Shown piece after piece: positions 1-8,195 of a stretch of 64,000 nucleotides of DNA. The position numbers and the translations under genes are program-made. Numbering within the stretch: the first letter of the stretch is position 1; each line of letters opens with the position of its first letter. Source of the DNA: Candidatus Pacearchaeota archaeon (GTDB taxonomy: Archaea > Nanobdellota > Nanobdellia > Pacearchaeales > GW2011-AR1); assembly GCA_018304025.1 (NCBI GenBank), contig JAGVXA010000004.1:9719-73718 (forward strand), in the 5' to 3' direction. The notes under the pieces were generated by a model, which made no database searches, was not told the origin of the DNA, and was given only the letters and a program-made list of their open reading frames with translations.

Positions 1-522
1 AAGATAAGTTTTCAAATCTTCTCCTAAATTCGAGGATAAAATAAACAATCTGTCCTTTCCGCCTTTTCCACGCCGAACCCACCCAGTATTTTCCGCGAAA
101 TTCACGTCATCAACTTTCAAATTCACAATTTCGCTGACTCGCAGTCCGGAAGAATAGAGCAAGGAAACAATCAGCCGTGATTTTTCAGCGTCAGAAAAAT
201 CAATAAGTCTTCTGACTTCTTCCTTCGACAAAACTTCCGGCAATTTCCTGTCTTTTTTCGGCAGAGGAATTTTGTCAAATTCCTTGTCTAAAATCTGCTT
301 GAAGAAAAATTTTAGCGACGCCGCAGCCAGCATGATTGTATTTTTCGACTTAGTGTCGAACATTTCTCCCAAATATTTTTTGGCGTCGTCCTGATTCACC
401 TCCGACGGTTTCTTCTCTGCGCTCTGCAAAAATTTCTCGACAAAAAAACTATAGTTCCGAACAGTCAACGGAGAAAACCCGCGAATTCTCAACTCTGTTT
501 TTAATTTTTCTATTTCTTCCAT
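1..522 (-). CDS. Tyrosine recombinase XerC/XerD-like (N-terminal SAM-like domain plus start of catalytic domain); C-terminus runs off the window edge
   Basis: Reverse-strand translation from the ATG at 522 gives MEEIEKLKTELRIRGFSPLTVRNYSFFVEKFLQS...LPEVLSKEEVRRLIDFSDAEKSRLIVSLLYSSGLRVSEIVNLKVDDVNF...GKGRKDRLFIL. This matches the Xer integrase core-binding domain and the start of the catalytic domain (LYxtGLRxSEl...GKGnKeR). There is no stop codon before position 1. Confidence 0.55.
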   Translation of the reverse strand, partial: MEEIEKLKTELRIRGFSPLTVRNYSFFVEKFLQSAEKKPSEVNQDDAKKYLGEMFDTKSKNTIMLAAASLKFFFKQILDKEFDKIPLPKKDRKLPEVLSKEEVRRLIDFSDAEKSRLIVSLLYSSGLRVSEIVNLKVDDVNFAENTGWVRRGKGGKDRLFILSSNLGEDLKTYL

Positions 523-644
523 AATATCCTCTTTTCTAAAAAAGGATTAAACCGAACTCTTATTTAAATTTTTAGTTACACCAGCCCAACTATCCTTCCC
601 GCGTTTTACGTAAATTATATATACTGCAAGATAATTCTATCTCT

Positions 645-908
645 ATGAACAAAAGAGCTCTTGTTTTAAAACTCCTCTTCATATTTTTAGTAGTAGGAAT
701 AATTTTTCTGTCTTTATCAGCATACATAAAATTTAACAAGAACAACGTTAAAATCACGACAGGCAACATCATAATTACTGTTGATTATAACAATACCGAA
801 AGCAAGAGCGATACAATTTCTCCCCCTTCAAATTTGCCGAATGCAAACCAAACAAATTTCTCTCCAGAAAATTTAACGCGCACAAACCAAACAAATGCAT
901 CTCAATAA
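645..908 (+). CDS. Small N-terminally membrane-anchored secreted protein with Asn/Thr-rich (N-x-S/T sequon-rich) tail
   Basis: The N-terminus is a hydrophobic signal/anchor (LVLKLLFIFLVVGIIFLSLSAY). The overlapping antisense ORF 590..772 looks less protein-like. Confidence 0.3.
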   Translation: MNKRALVLKLLFIFLVVGIIFLSLSAYIKFNKNNVKITTGNIIITVDYNNTESKSDTISPPSNLPNANQTNFSPENLTRTNQTNASQ

Positions 909-939
909 TCTTTAAATAACTCTCTTGCAAAGAAATACA

Positions 940-1092
940 ATGAAAGAGGAAGATTATAAATTAAAAATAGCACTTATTTCTGGCGCGTCTGAAGCAGCCA
1001 AGTTCAAATCAGAAAACCCCTACGCAACCGACGAAGAAATCATAAAGCACGTCACAGACAACGCAGAAAAAATACTCTCTGAAATTGACTAG
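940..1092 (+). CDS. Small hypothetical protein (50 aa)
   Basis: The ORF reads MKEEDYKLKIALISGASEAAKFKSENPYATDEEIIKHVTDNAEKILSEID. It fills an otherwise empty gap, but it is below the ORF-track cutoff. Confidence 0.2.
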   Translation: MKEEDYKLKIALISGASEAAKFKSENPYATDEEIIKHVTDNAEKILSEID

Positions 1093-1152
1093 CGATTCTA
1101 ATAATTAATTAGCAAGACAAACTTATTTAAAATCCTTTTTCTATTTAAAATA

Positions 1153-2256
1153 ATGCAAAACAAAACCTATATTCTTCTGATTCTTTCTTTCCTGATTCTA
1201 ATCGGAAGTGCAATCGCTTTTTTAATAATAACAGAACCTGAAATTCTCCCTTCCTCCCCGTCAGAAACTATCGAGGAATGCCAAAACCTTGCCTACTCCT
1301 CCCCAAACGCAATCAATCTCGTATTTTTCTCCGAAAAAGCAGACGCCCAAAAATATTCTGATTACATAGCAGGAATAAAACCCTTCGATAAAAATCCTCT
1401 CAACATTTATTACATTCCAACCTACATTCCAAAATGCGAGCTGTATAAAGAAATAGCAGTGCTTTGTTATTCAAAAGAATTAATAAAAAAAGCTTCTTCC
1501 TGCCCCAACGATTATTTGATCGTCTTGAAAGAAGAGCCGTCATCCATAAGGAGCTCAGCTTATATGAATGTTTTAAGCATTAATACTCGGCATCCAAAAT
1601 CCGTTTTCCCCCACGAAATCGCCCACGCGCTGGCAAATTTAGCAGAGGAATACACTCCTGCAAATCTTCCGTCAGGACAAAAAAATTGCGTCTCGTCCTG
1701 CAATAAATTTGAAACAGAAATAAATGCTTGCGAACTCGGCTGCTCAAAGGACTCATACTACCGTTCAATAGACAGGGGAATAATGCGCACGCTCTCGTCA
1801 AATGAATACGGAATCTACGACGAGAATTTAATTCAGGAAAGAATAATTTCACAAGTCTCTTCCTCCCCTATAACAGGAAACGCGATATATGAAAATTGCC
1901 TGGATAAAAATTATTATCTAATCGAAGCAGTTTACATCTCGCAGCAAAATGAAATTCAAGTTCAGTCGCAGACAATAGAGCTCGGTTGTGTCGGAAGCAA
2001 CGGATACGGAAACTTTAATTACACCCTTTACGATAATAACGGCATGCCGTTAGACTCAAAATCTTTCAACGCTGAACTAATTTTCACAGATGCGCCCGGT
2101 GAAATAGAAATAGAAGGTGAAATCTACGAAAACGACGGCCCTTTCATTTTAAAAATCTCGGCAATTCCCGACGTCAAAAAATTAGAAATAAGCCATAAAG
2201 AAAAAATCACAGAAATAAATATGCGGGGAATAGGAGCAAGACCATGCAGAATATAA
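1153..2256 (+). CDS. Membrane-anchored extracellular protein with an HExxH zinc-metalloprotease-like motif
   Basis: An N-terminal TM/signal anchor is followed by the motif PHEIAHALANLAEEY (HExxH) and several conserved Cys. Confidence 0.5.
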   Translation: MQNKTYILLILSFLILIGSAIAFLIITEPEILPSSPSETIEECQNLAYSSPNAINLVFFSEKADAQKYSDYIAGIKPFDKNPLNIYYIPTYIPKCELYKEIAVLCYSKELIKKASSCPNDYLIVLKEEPSSIRSSAYMNVLSINTRHPKSVFPHEIAHALANLAEEYTPANLPSGQKNCVSSCNKFETEINACELGCSKDSYYRSIDRGIMRTLSSNEYGIYDENLIQERIISQVSSSPITGNAIYENCLDKNYYLIEAVYISQQNEIQVQSQTIELGCVGSNGYGNFNYTLYDNNGMPLDSKSFNAELIFTDAPGEIEIEGEIYENDGPFILKISAIPDVKKLEISHKEKITEINMRGIGARPCRI

Positions 2257-2696
2257 ATAAAAAAGCAGTTTCAGACCACATAGCAATAGTTTCCGTAGTT
2301 TTGTTAGCGCTAATTTTTGTTTCAGTAATGTCGTATGTATTCAACAAAATAACCGCGGCACCAGAGCTCGCTCCGGCAGTGTCTTGTTTGGAAATGCAGA
2401 CTTCTTTTCCACTCGCAATCCAAAACTCCTGCTTCAATTCGGAGACAAACCAAATAGAAGCAACTCTAAAACGAAAACTCGGCACAGAAATAAATTCCTT
2501 TGACTTTTCGATAACAACTCCGTCAGAAACTTCAGCGTGGCATGCAGGTCCTGGCTGCGAGGGCTGCGAAGTTCTGTCAGAGGGGCAAGTTAAGACATAC
2601 TACATAGAGCAAAATATAAATGCAGGCGAAAACAATAAAATAGGCGTCTTAATTAATAACTGCTTGATACAGACCAAAGAAATTCTGCCTTGTTAA
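2244..2696 (+). CDS. Small membrane-anchored secreted protein
   Basis: An N-terminal hydrophobic anchor is followed by Cys-containing domain. Its start overlaps the upstream gene by 13 nt, which suggests an operon. Confidence 0.4.
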   Translation: MQNINKKAVSDHIAIVSVVLLALIFVSVMSYVFNKITAAPELAPAVSCLEMQTSFPLAIQNSCFNSETNQIEATLKRKLGTEINSFDFSITTPSETSAWHAGPGCEGCEVLSEGQVKTYYIEQNINAGENNKIGVLINNCLIQTKEILPC

Positions 2697-2749
2697 AATT
2701 TTCTGCAAGCATACAAATAATTAAATAATTCTTTTTCAGAAAATTAAAA

Positions 2750-4318
2750 ATGGAAAGGGTTTTGACAAAAGGAGAGATTGCGCGGCGAAAAGAATCTGCA
2801 GTCCAGGAGATTAAAAAAAATTATCCGCAGTTTGTGGAGCGAAGGAGCCATATCGATTCAGGAATATTTTCAACAGTGCATACGAGAGATGTTCCTGATA
2901 TTGGCATTGAATTTGTTTTATGGGAGGAATTAGAGCGGGAACGCTACTGGCGCGTCTTGCCTCCGCTAAATGAATTAAAGCATCGCGGCAAGCTTGCGAA
3001 ATTTGATGAAGTAGTCCAGCGCGATATCGTCGAGCTAATGGTCGAGCAGGCGATGGAAGGAAAAAGCATAACATCGAGTATTCCTCTCTACTCAGATATC
3101 TGGGCTAAAGTCGGAAACCCCGAGGAAAATCCTCTCGCGCATTTTGTAACAAAAGAAAATAAGCACAGGGCATTAAATGTCGGGTTTTGGGATTGCTTGT
3201 ATAAAGTAACCGACGCGCGGAAAAGCAAAGACGCAGGAAAACAATTTGTAGAGATTTTTTATTATCCCGGTTTCTTTTTCAATTTTGATTATCTGGAGGG
3301 AAGTCGGAGAGCGCCGGACTTGCCGGATATCGACGAGATTCCTTCTTTTGGGATGTGGAAAGATTATACAGGGTGGCTAATTGTGCAGCAGGATGCAATC
3401 AGACAAACTCTGCCTCGCGAAGATGCGATAAGCGCGCTTGGAAAACTTTCCGCTCCGTTGGCATACGGCCTGCTTAAAATTGGCGATTATGACAGAGACG
3501 CAGGATTAAAAAAATTATTCAACGAATTTATTCCCAAAGAAGTTTTGCACACAAAACCAATGCAGCGCGTTTTAGGAATTGCGTTTGAGGACGAGCTGAA
3601 AAATTTATTTTTAGTAGAAAATGGATATTATCTGTCAACAGAAAATCTAAAAAGAACAGAAGAATTGCTAGATGACGCGCCTGACAGGGTCGAAAAAGTT
3701 TGGAATAAAGTTAGGGGCGGTATAGATCTGGGTGGCATCTCTCCAATAGCACGAAAATATATTCCTGCCAGCGAATATAAAACGCGCGTCGATTCTTTAA
3801 CTGCTGAAATGGAAAAAATGGAAAGATTTGATATTGAACTTTTCAATAAATGGATGCAGCCAGAAATACAAAGAGCTGTTTCTCCGTCTACTTTTGGAAG
3901 AGTGCGAAATTCTGCTCTTGAGAATTATGTTTGTCAGGAGCGAAGACCAAAGATAGAAACAGCAAAACAGCTTTTTCGTATGCGCGAGAGATTTGGGGAG
4001 CCAATCGGCGACGAAGTCTGCGCAGCAATTTTTGCAGATTTTCTTTCAAAAAAAAATTATCCTGACGCAAATAATCTTCTTCATTATTACGGCATTCCTT
4101 TCGGAAGAAGCGAAGGCAAAGCAGCTGCGGCGACGCCAAAACACAGGCGCGCATTCATCGGGGGAATTGAATCTTATGTCTCCCGCCATGGGCAAATTCC
4201 TGTTTCGCCGGAAGCACTATGGGAAAAACTTTGTTATCCTCTTTACAATTCAATTCCTGATTTCGTTAAAGATTATAATTCGCTCGTTAAGCCTGTTGAA
4301 AATAAAAAGAGAAAGTAA
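2750..4318 (+). CDS. Hypothetical cytoplasmic protein (522 aa)
   Basis: This is a long clean ORF with no signal peptide. I do not recognise the family. Confidence 0.5.
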   Translation: MERVLTKGEIARRKESAVQEIKKNYPQFVERRSHIDSGIFSTVHTRDVPDIGIEFVLWEELERERYWRVLPPLNELKHRGKLAKFDEVVQRDIVELMVEQAMEGKSITSSIPLYSDIWAKVGNPEENPLAHFVTKENKHRALNVGFWDCLYKVTDARKSKDAGKQFVEIFYYPGFFFNFDYLEGSRRAPDLPDIDEIPSFGMWKDYTGWLIVQQDAIRQTLPREDAISALGKLSAPLAYGLLKIGDYDRDAGLKKLFNEFIPKEVLHTKPMQRVLGIAFEDELKNLFLVENGYYLSTENLKRTEELLDDAPDRVEKVWNKVRGGIDLGGISPIARKYIPASEYKTRVDSLTAEMEKMERFDIELFNKWMQPEIQRAVSPSTFGRVRNSALENYVCQERRPKIETAKQLFRMRERFGEPIGDEVCAAIFADFLSKKNYPDANNLLHYYGIPFGRSEGKAAAATPKHRRAFIGGIESYVSRHGQIPVSPEALWEKLCYPLYNSIPDFVKDYNSLVKPVENKKRK

Positions 4319-4439
4319 TTGTTTGATACGAAAATAAAAATTATGCGGGGATCTTCGTTCGCCGCAGCGAGGAGCTTCGCAGTCGGCGTTAGCCAGACGA
4401 GAAAGCCCGCAGCAAGAGCGAATCGAAGAAAAATAAAAA

Positions 4440-4571
4440 TGCGGGGAGTAGGATTCGAACCCACGAAGGCACTAAGCACACAAGATTTCTCAAGGAAATC
4501 TCATCTTAAATTTTCCCAACGGAAAACCGACTTCTTAAGTCTTGCCCGTTTGACCACTCCGGAATCCCCGC
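4440..4571 (-). tRNA. tRNA-Leu(TAA) with ~47-nt anticodon-loop intron
   Basis: On the minus strand the acceptor stem GCGGGGA pairs with TCCCCGC. A 3-bp D-stem (CCG/CGG) with a long D-loop is typical of class II tRNAs. The anticodon stem CAAGA with loop CTTAAG(A) gives anticodon TAA. Its pairing strand TCTTG appears only ~47 nt downstream, implying an intron at 37/38. The T-arm GTGGG-TTCGAAT-CCTAC and a long variable arm follow. No CCA is encoded, and an oligo-T (ATTTTTATTT) follows the 3' end. Confidence 0.6.
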
Positions 4572-4795
4572 ATCGATGCGAGACAAAAATAAAGAACAAA
4601 TTACTCTTTTAAACATTTCCTATCACAACACCTTATTAACTTCAACTATCAAATAAAATATTCGGAAATTGCTCTTCGAGCAATTTCTCGATTCTACCAA
4701 ACTAATTATTTCCCCCAAGATTCTACCAAAATAATTATCCCCAACTACAATATTATTTTTATACTTCGCCAATTTCTCCGAATCCTAAAAAGAAA

Positions 4796-5179
4796 ATGAT
4801 TTCATGGTTTGAAAAGAATTCAAAAATTTCTTGGCTGATAACTTTAGCAATCGCAGTAACAATTTTCTACGTCTCTTCTCTGACATTCCTGCCAGGCAAG
4901 CTCGGCGGTTCAAATCTAAAATCAGTATTATATCATTTTTCAGTTTTTTTCGTTCTCGCAATTTTCCTGCTCATCTCTCTAATAAAAAGAAAAAACATAA
5001 AATTTCTGCCGATAGCTTTAGTCATTCTGATTCTTTACGCAATCTCCGACGAGCTCCACCAGGTTTTCGTCCCAGGAAGAGCCTGCGCTCTCGAGGATAT
5101 TTTTACAGACACTGCAGGAATAATCTTCGCGTTCCTGATTTATTCAATTAGAATTATCACAGCCAAAAAATCTAAATAA
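4796..5179 (+). CDS. VanZ-like family membrane protein
   Basis: The motif DELHQVFVPGRACALEDIFTDTAGII matches the VanZ signature DExhQxFvpgR...D...D..G. The protein is short (127 aa) with TM segments. Confidence 0.55.
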   Translation: MISWFEKNSKISWLITLAIAVTIFYVSSLTFLPGKLGGSNLKSVLYHFSVFFVLAIFLLISLIKRKNIKFLPIALVILILYAISDELHQVFVPGRACALEDIFTDTAGIIFAFLIYSIRIITAKKSK

Positions 5180-5181
5180 TT

Positions 5182-5589
5182 CTATCCATAAAAAAGTCTC
5201 GGACTTGGTCCAGAAGCCTCTGAGCAAACGCGTCTTGCAAACGCCCTCGTATTTCCAACCACTGCGCCCAATTCGTCGGCAACTTTTTCAATCCACCCAA
5301 TTTCTTTGGCAGGCCGAACAACTGCTCCAAAATCATAAGCAAGATTAAATAATTCTCTAATCGCTTCTCTAACTTCCCCGTCGGGTTTTCTTCCGTATGA
5401 ACACTCCGCAAACCTCAGGCAAGATTTCAATTTTATCATTCTAATAACGCATCCTTGTCTATTCTTGCCGCAATAAATTCCGTTGACAATCGCATATTCA
5501 AACGGCGGCGCGAACTCTCTGCTTTTAGAAACTTTTCTCAGTCTTTCAATAACTTTGTCGGTAAAACCTTCTGGTAATTTTTGTTCCAT
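5182..5589 (-). CDS. Hypothetical protein
   Basis: The ORF is 135 aa. A second same-strand ORF in another frame (5172..5411) overlaps it, so an indel or misassembly is possible here. The region has locally elevated GC. Confidence 0.35.
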   Translation of the reverse strand: MEQKLPEGFTDKVIERLRKVSKSREFAPPFEYAIVNGIYCGKNRQGCVIRMIKLKSCLRFAECSYGRKPDGEVREAIRELFNLAYDFGAVVRPAKEIGWIEKVADELGAVVGNTRAFARRVCSEASGPSPRLFYG

Positions 5590-5621
5590 AAGTTTAATAT
5601 TAATAGACAGTTAAAATATCT

Positions 5622-6119
5622 TTAGGACATTTCAACTTTGCAAACGTGCCTTTTAGTATCGCAGACGCATTTTCCTCTTCGCCCGCCGCATCGCGAATCT
5701 AAATTAATTTTCAAATCGCAATTAGGAGTATAAATAACTGAGTCACAATCAGGCAGAGTAGTGCAGCTTTCCTCTCCTTCGGCAAACGAACATTCCCGCG
5801 TGGCCTCATCGAGCACATTGTATTCAGTTACGTAATAATTAACATCTGTCTCTTCTCTCACAATTGTTTTATTGCAATTTTCAGTGTACTCAATACTCTC
5901 GCAATAATACTGGTTCGGATATTCGATAAAAGCAACAGGCACGCATTCATTCGGATCATAGCACGTCGCCGGCGCGCAGTTAAAATTAGTTTGGCATTCG
6001 TAAGCGTTATCCGTCGGCTCCCACTGCATCCAAATCATCACAGCAGCAATCACAGCCCCAACCAAAAACATCGCGACAATAACCCATATCGTCACCTGCG
6101 CGCTCTTTTTTATCTTCAT
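5622..6119 (-). CDS. Membrane-anchored Cys-rich extracellular protein
   Basis: A start at MKIKK is followed by a TM helix and an ectodomain with ~20 Cys (CQTNFNCAPATC...). Confidence 0.45.
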   Translation of the reverse strand: MKIKKSAQVTIWVIVAMFLVGAVIAAVMIWMQWEPTDNAYECQTNFNCAPATCYDPNECVPVAFIEYPNQYYCESIEYTENCNKTIVREETDVNYYVTEYNVLDEATRECSFAEGEESCTTLPDCDSVIYTPNCDLKINLDSRCGGRRGKCVCDTKRHVCKVEMS

Positions 6120-6169
6120 ACACAATAATAAAAAATAATGTTTATATAGTTAATGAAATTTATTGAACG

Positions 6170-6364
6170 ATGCCAAACAGATTAATAAAAAAGAAAAAAG
6201 ATAAAACCCCTTGGGGAGTTTTGGGAGTTATTCTTTTAATCGGAGGAATTACAGCAACAATACCCTTGGCTCTAAAAGGAGGGCAATATCTAATAGGAAT
6301 TTTAATTACTGCTCTTGCAGTAATCACAGGAATACTTTTAATCGCCTGGGCATTCAGCAATTAG
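6170..6364 (+). CDS. Small two-TM membrane protein
   Basis: There are strongly hydrophobic helices (GVLGVILLIGGITATIPLAL ... ILITALAVITGILLIAWAF). The antisense ORF 6160..6360 is a less convincing alternative. Confidence 0.3.
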   Translation: MPNRLIKKKKDKTPWGVLGVILLIGGITATIPLALKGGQYLIGILITALAVITGILLIAWAFSN

Positions 6365-6631
6365 ATGAACCTCAAAATAAAAAAGAATCTTCTTGACTTG
6401 CATTTTCAGAAATATTTAACTTTTCTCTCGTTATCCGTCGTGATATCTTTTACTTATTTGATTGCCGTAGTAATCGCAGTATTAACAGCCCAGATAAAAC
6501 TAGACAGTTTTTTCTCAATGTCAATATTATTTATTTTTTCAACAGCAGTATTAGGCCTATGTTCTTTTTTATTTTTCAAATCTTTGTTTCATTTAAAGAA
6601 CATAATAAACAGTCTCAAGGAATTAAGTTAA
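6365..6631 (+). CDS. Small membrane protein
   Basis: Hydrophobic TM segments directly follow the previous small ORF. Confidence 0.3.
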   Translation: MNLKIKKNLLDLHFQKYLTFLSLSVVISFTYLIAVVIAVLTAQIKLDSFFSMSILFIFSTAVLGLCSFLFFKSLFHLKNIINSLKELS

Positions 6632-6815
6632 TTTATCTAAAATCCTATCATTATAAAAAAGTAATGACAGAAATAACCTAATCTGGAATAACCTTTCAAA
6701 TGCAGTATTATTTATATAACAGTCAGAATTACGGTTAACTTATGAAAAAGACGAACCAAGCCAAATTAATAACTTACAATTTATGTTTATCAACTGAAAG
6801 GAGGTTTTACAAATA

Positions 6816-8000
6816 ATGAAGAAAACATTAAGCTTTCTAGTAATGGCTATATTGGCATTATCTGTAATGCCTTCAGTTTTCGCAGTTAGCGTAGGTGGAG
6901 GTATCGGCATAGATATTCAACCAGAGGAGTTCGCTCCTTTAATATGGCAATGCGACTCAAGACTTGTTCTTGAAGACTGCGTTGAAGCAGGAAGAACAAC
7001 TGACTGCAACCAAGACCTTTACGAAAGAATAACAAACTATGCTTTCGAAGGAGAACAAATCGGTTGGGAAATTCTTGTTATGGATAAGAACAAGATTGAA
7101 GAAATCGAGGATGTTGTCGGAACAATCGGCTCAAGCCAAGGAACAGGCAACGATATTGAAGTTGAATGTGACGAAATTGCAACAGAATTTGATGATGGTG
7201 ACAAGCTTCCAGTATCTTGCGAGGCAAGAATTGGCGAAGAGAAATTAACAACTTTTGACTCAGACACAATGGGATTCTATAGATGTCTATTCACTGTTGA
7301 AACACCAGACTCAATGGCTGGAGAATATTTCCTTACAGCAGAAGTAATTTCTGTTGACGGAGAAGCAATAATGGCAGAGAACGAATATTGGTTCTTGAAC
7401 CCTGTGATTGCTTTAACAATAGACGGAGATGTTGAATTCGCAGAAGTTAGACAAGGCTCTGTAGCTTACTCAAATACAATTTTGGTAGGCAATGATGCAG
7501 AAGCTGGCTCAGGCGTTTTGCTTGACATGTTCATTTCAGGAACAGATTTCTACGACTCAGATACATCTGGCGCAATGTGCCCATCTACAAATCACTTGAA
7601 GCTATCTCAAGACTTGAGAAGCCAAGCTAATTTGGGAGCAAAGCTAACTTCTGGTCCATCGCAGAGCACAAAGTGCAATGCAGGAACAGGAGGATTAACT
7701 GGCGTTGACAACAACGACCACTTATGCTACTTTGCAACAAGCGGTGCTTACAGCACAGCAGGTGCACCAAACGCTGATGTAGAAGGTTACAGACCGATTG
7801 TTTACAGCGATGCTTTCACAAGAGATTTCTACAATGATGCAGAAATTATCTGGAACGGTGCTCTTACCGGCGGATACTCCGCAGGAAACACACTAACACC
7901 AGGCAGTGAAATCGCTATGACATTCAAGTTAGGATTACCAGAGCCATGCGTTGGAAACTTTGATTCAGGAGATATATTCTTCTGGGGCGAAGCTATCTAA
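6816..8000 (+). CDS. Secreted protein (signal peptide MKKTLSFLVMAILALSVMPSVFA), probably abundant surface protein
   Basis: A strong SD (AAAGGAGG) sits 8 nt upstream. There is a Sec signal peptide with AxA cleavage. The codon and GC usage is somewhat richer than the neighbours. A TATA-like TTATTTATATAA lies ~110 nt upstream. Confidence 0.6.
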   Translation: MKKTLSFLVMAILALSVMPSVFAVSVGGGIGIDIQPEEFAPLIWQCDSRLVLEDCVEAGRTTDCNQDLYERITNYAFEGEQIGWEILVMDKNKIEEIEDVVGTIGSSQGTGNDIEVECDEIATEFDDGDKLPVSCEARIGEEKLTTFDSDTMGFYRCLFTVETPDSMAGEYFLTAEVISVDGEAIMAENEYWFLNPVIALTIDGDVEFAEVRQGSVAYSNTILVGNDAEAGSGVLLDMFISGTDFYDSDTSGAMCPSTNHLKLSQDLRSQANLGAKLTSGPSQSTKCNAGTGGLTGVDNNDHLCYFATSGAYSTAGAPNADVEGYRPIVYSDAFTRDFYNDAEIIWNGALTGGYSAGNTLTPGSEIAMTFKLGLPEPCVGNFDSGDIFFWGEAI

Positions 8001-8195
8001 TAACCAAAATTTATTTTTTATTTTTCCTTTCCCTTCTTTTTTCGGGAAAACAGAACGAGGTGAATTCTAGAGGCGACAGGCGAGTCCTGTAAAACTCAAA
8101 ATAGAAAGACAAAAACCAAAATGAAACAAAACAAAAAAACCATAGCGAAAGAAGATAGAAATAATTTAAAAGCCAGCTCATATCTCGTAAACAAA

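Noticed and set aside
590-772. Antisense/overlapping ORFs, e.g. 590..772, 1580..1852, 2811..3074, 3628..4154, 7037..7269, 8279..8764, 12649..13008, 16571..16949, 23088..23523, 54586..56804 plus-strand set, 60173..62919 plus-strand set
   Set aside because: Each is nested in or antisense to a longer ORF with recognisable domains or a signal peptide. They show the biased compositions expected from shadow frames.
4440-4571. Group I intron in tRNA-Leu(UAA), as in cyanobacteria and plastids
   Set aside because: The insert is only ~47 nt, far too short for a group I ribozyme. It fits an archaeal/eukaryal splicing-endonuclease intron instead.
5172-5411. Second same-strand ORF overlapping 5182..5589 in another frame
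   Set aside because: Both frames look protein-like, so I cannot decide which is real. It is kept as a note of a possible indel rather than a separate gene.
6160-6360. Minus-strand 66-aa ORF overlapping the small membrane-protein ORFs
   Set aside because: The plus-strand frames give two clean hydrophobic TM hairpins. The minus frame is less protein-like. All are low confidence anyway.
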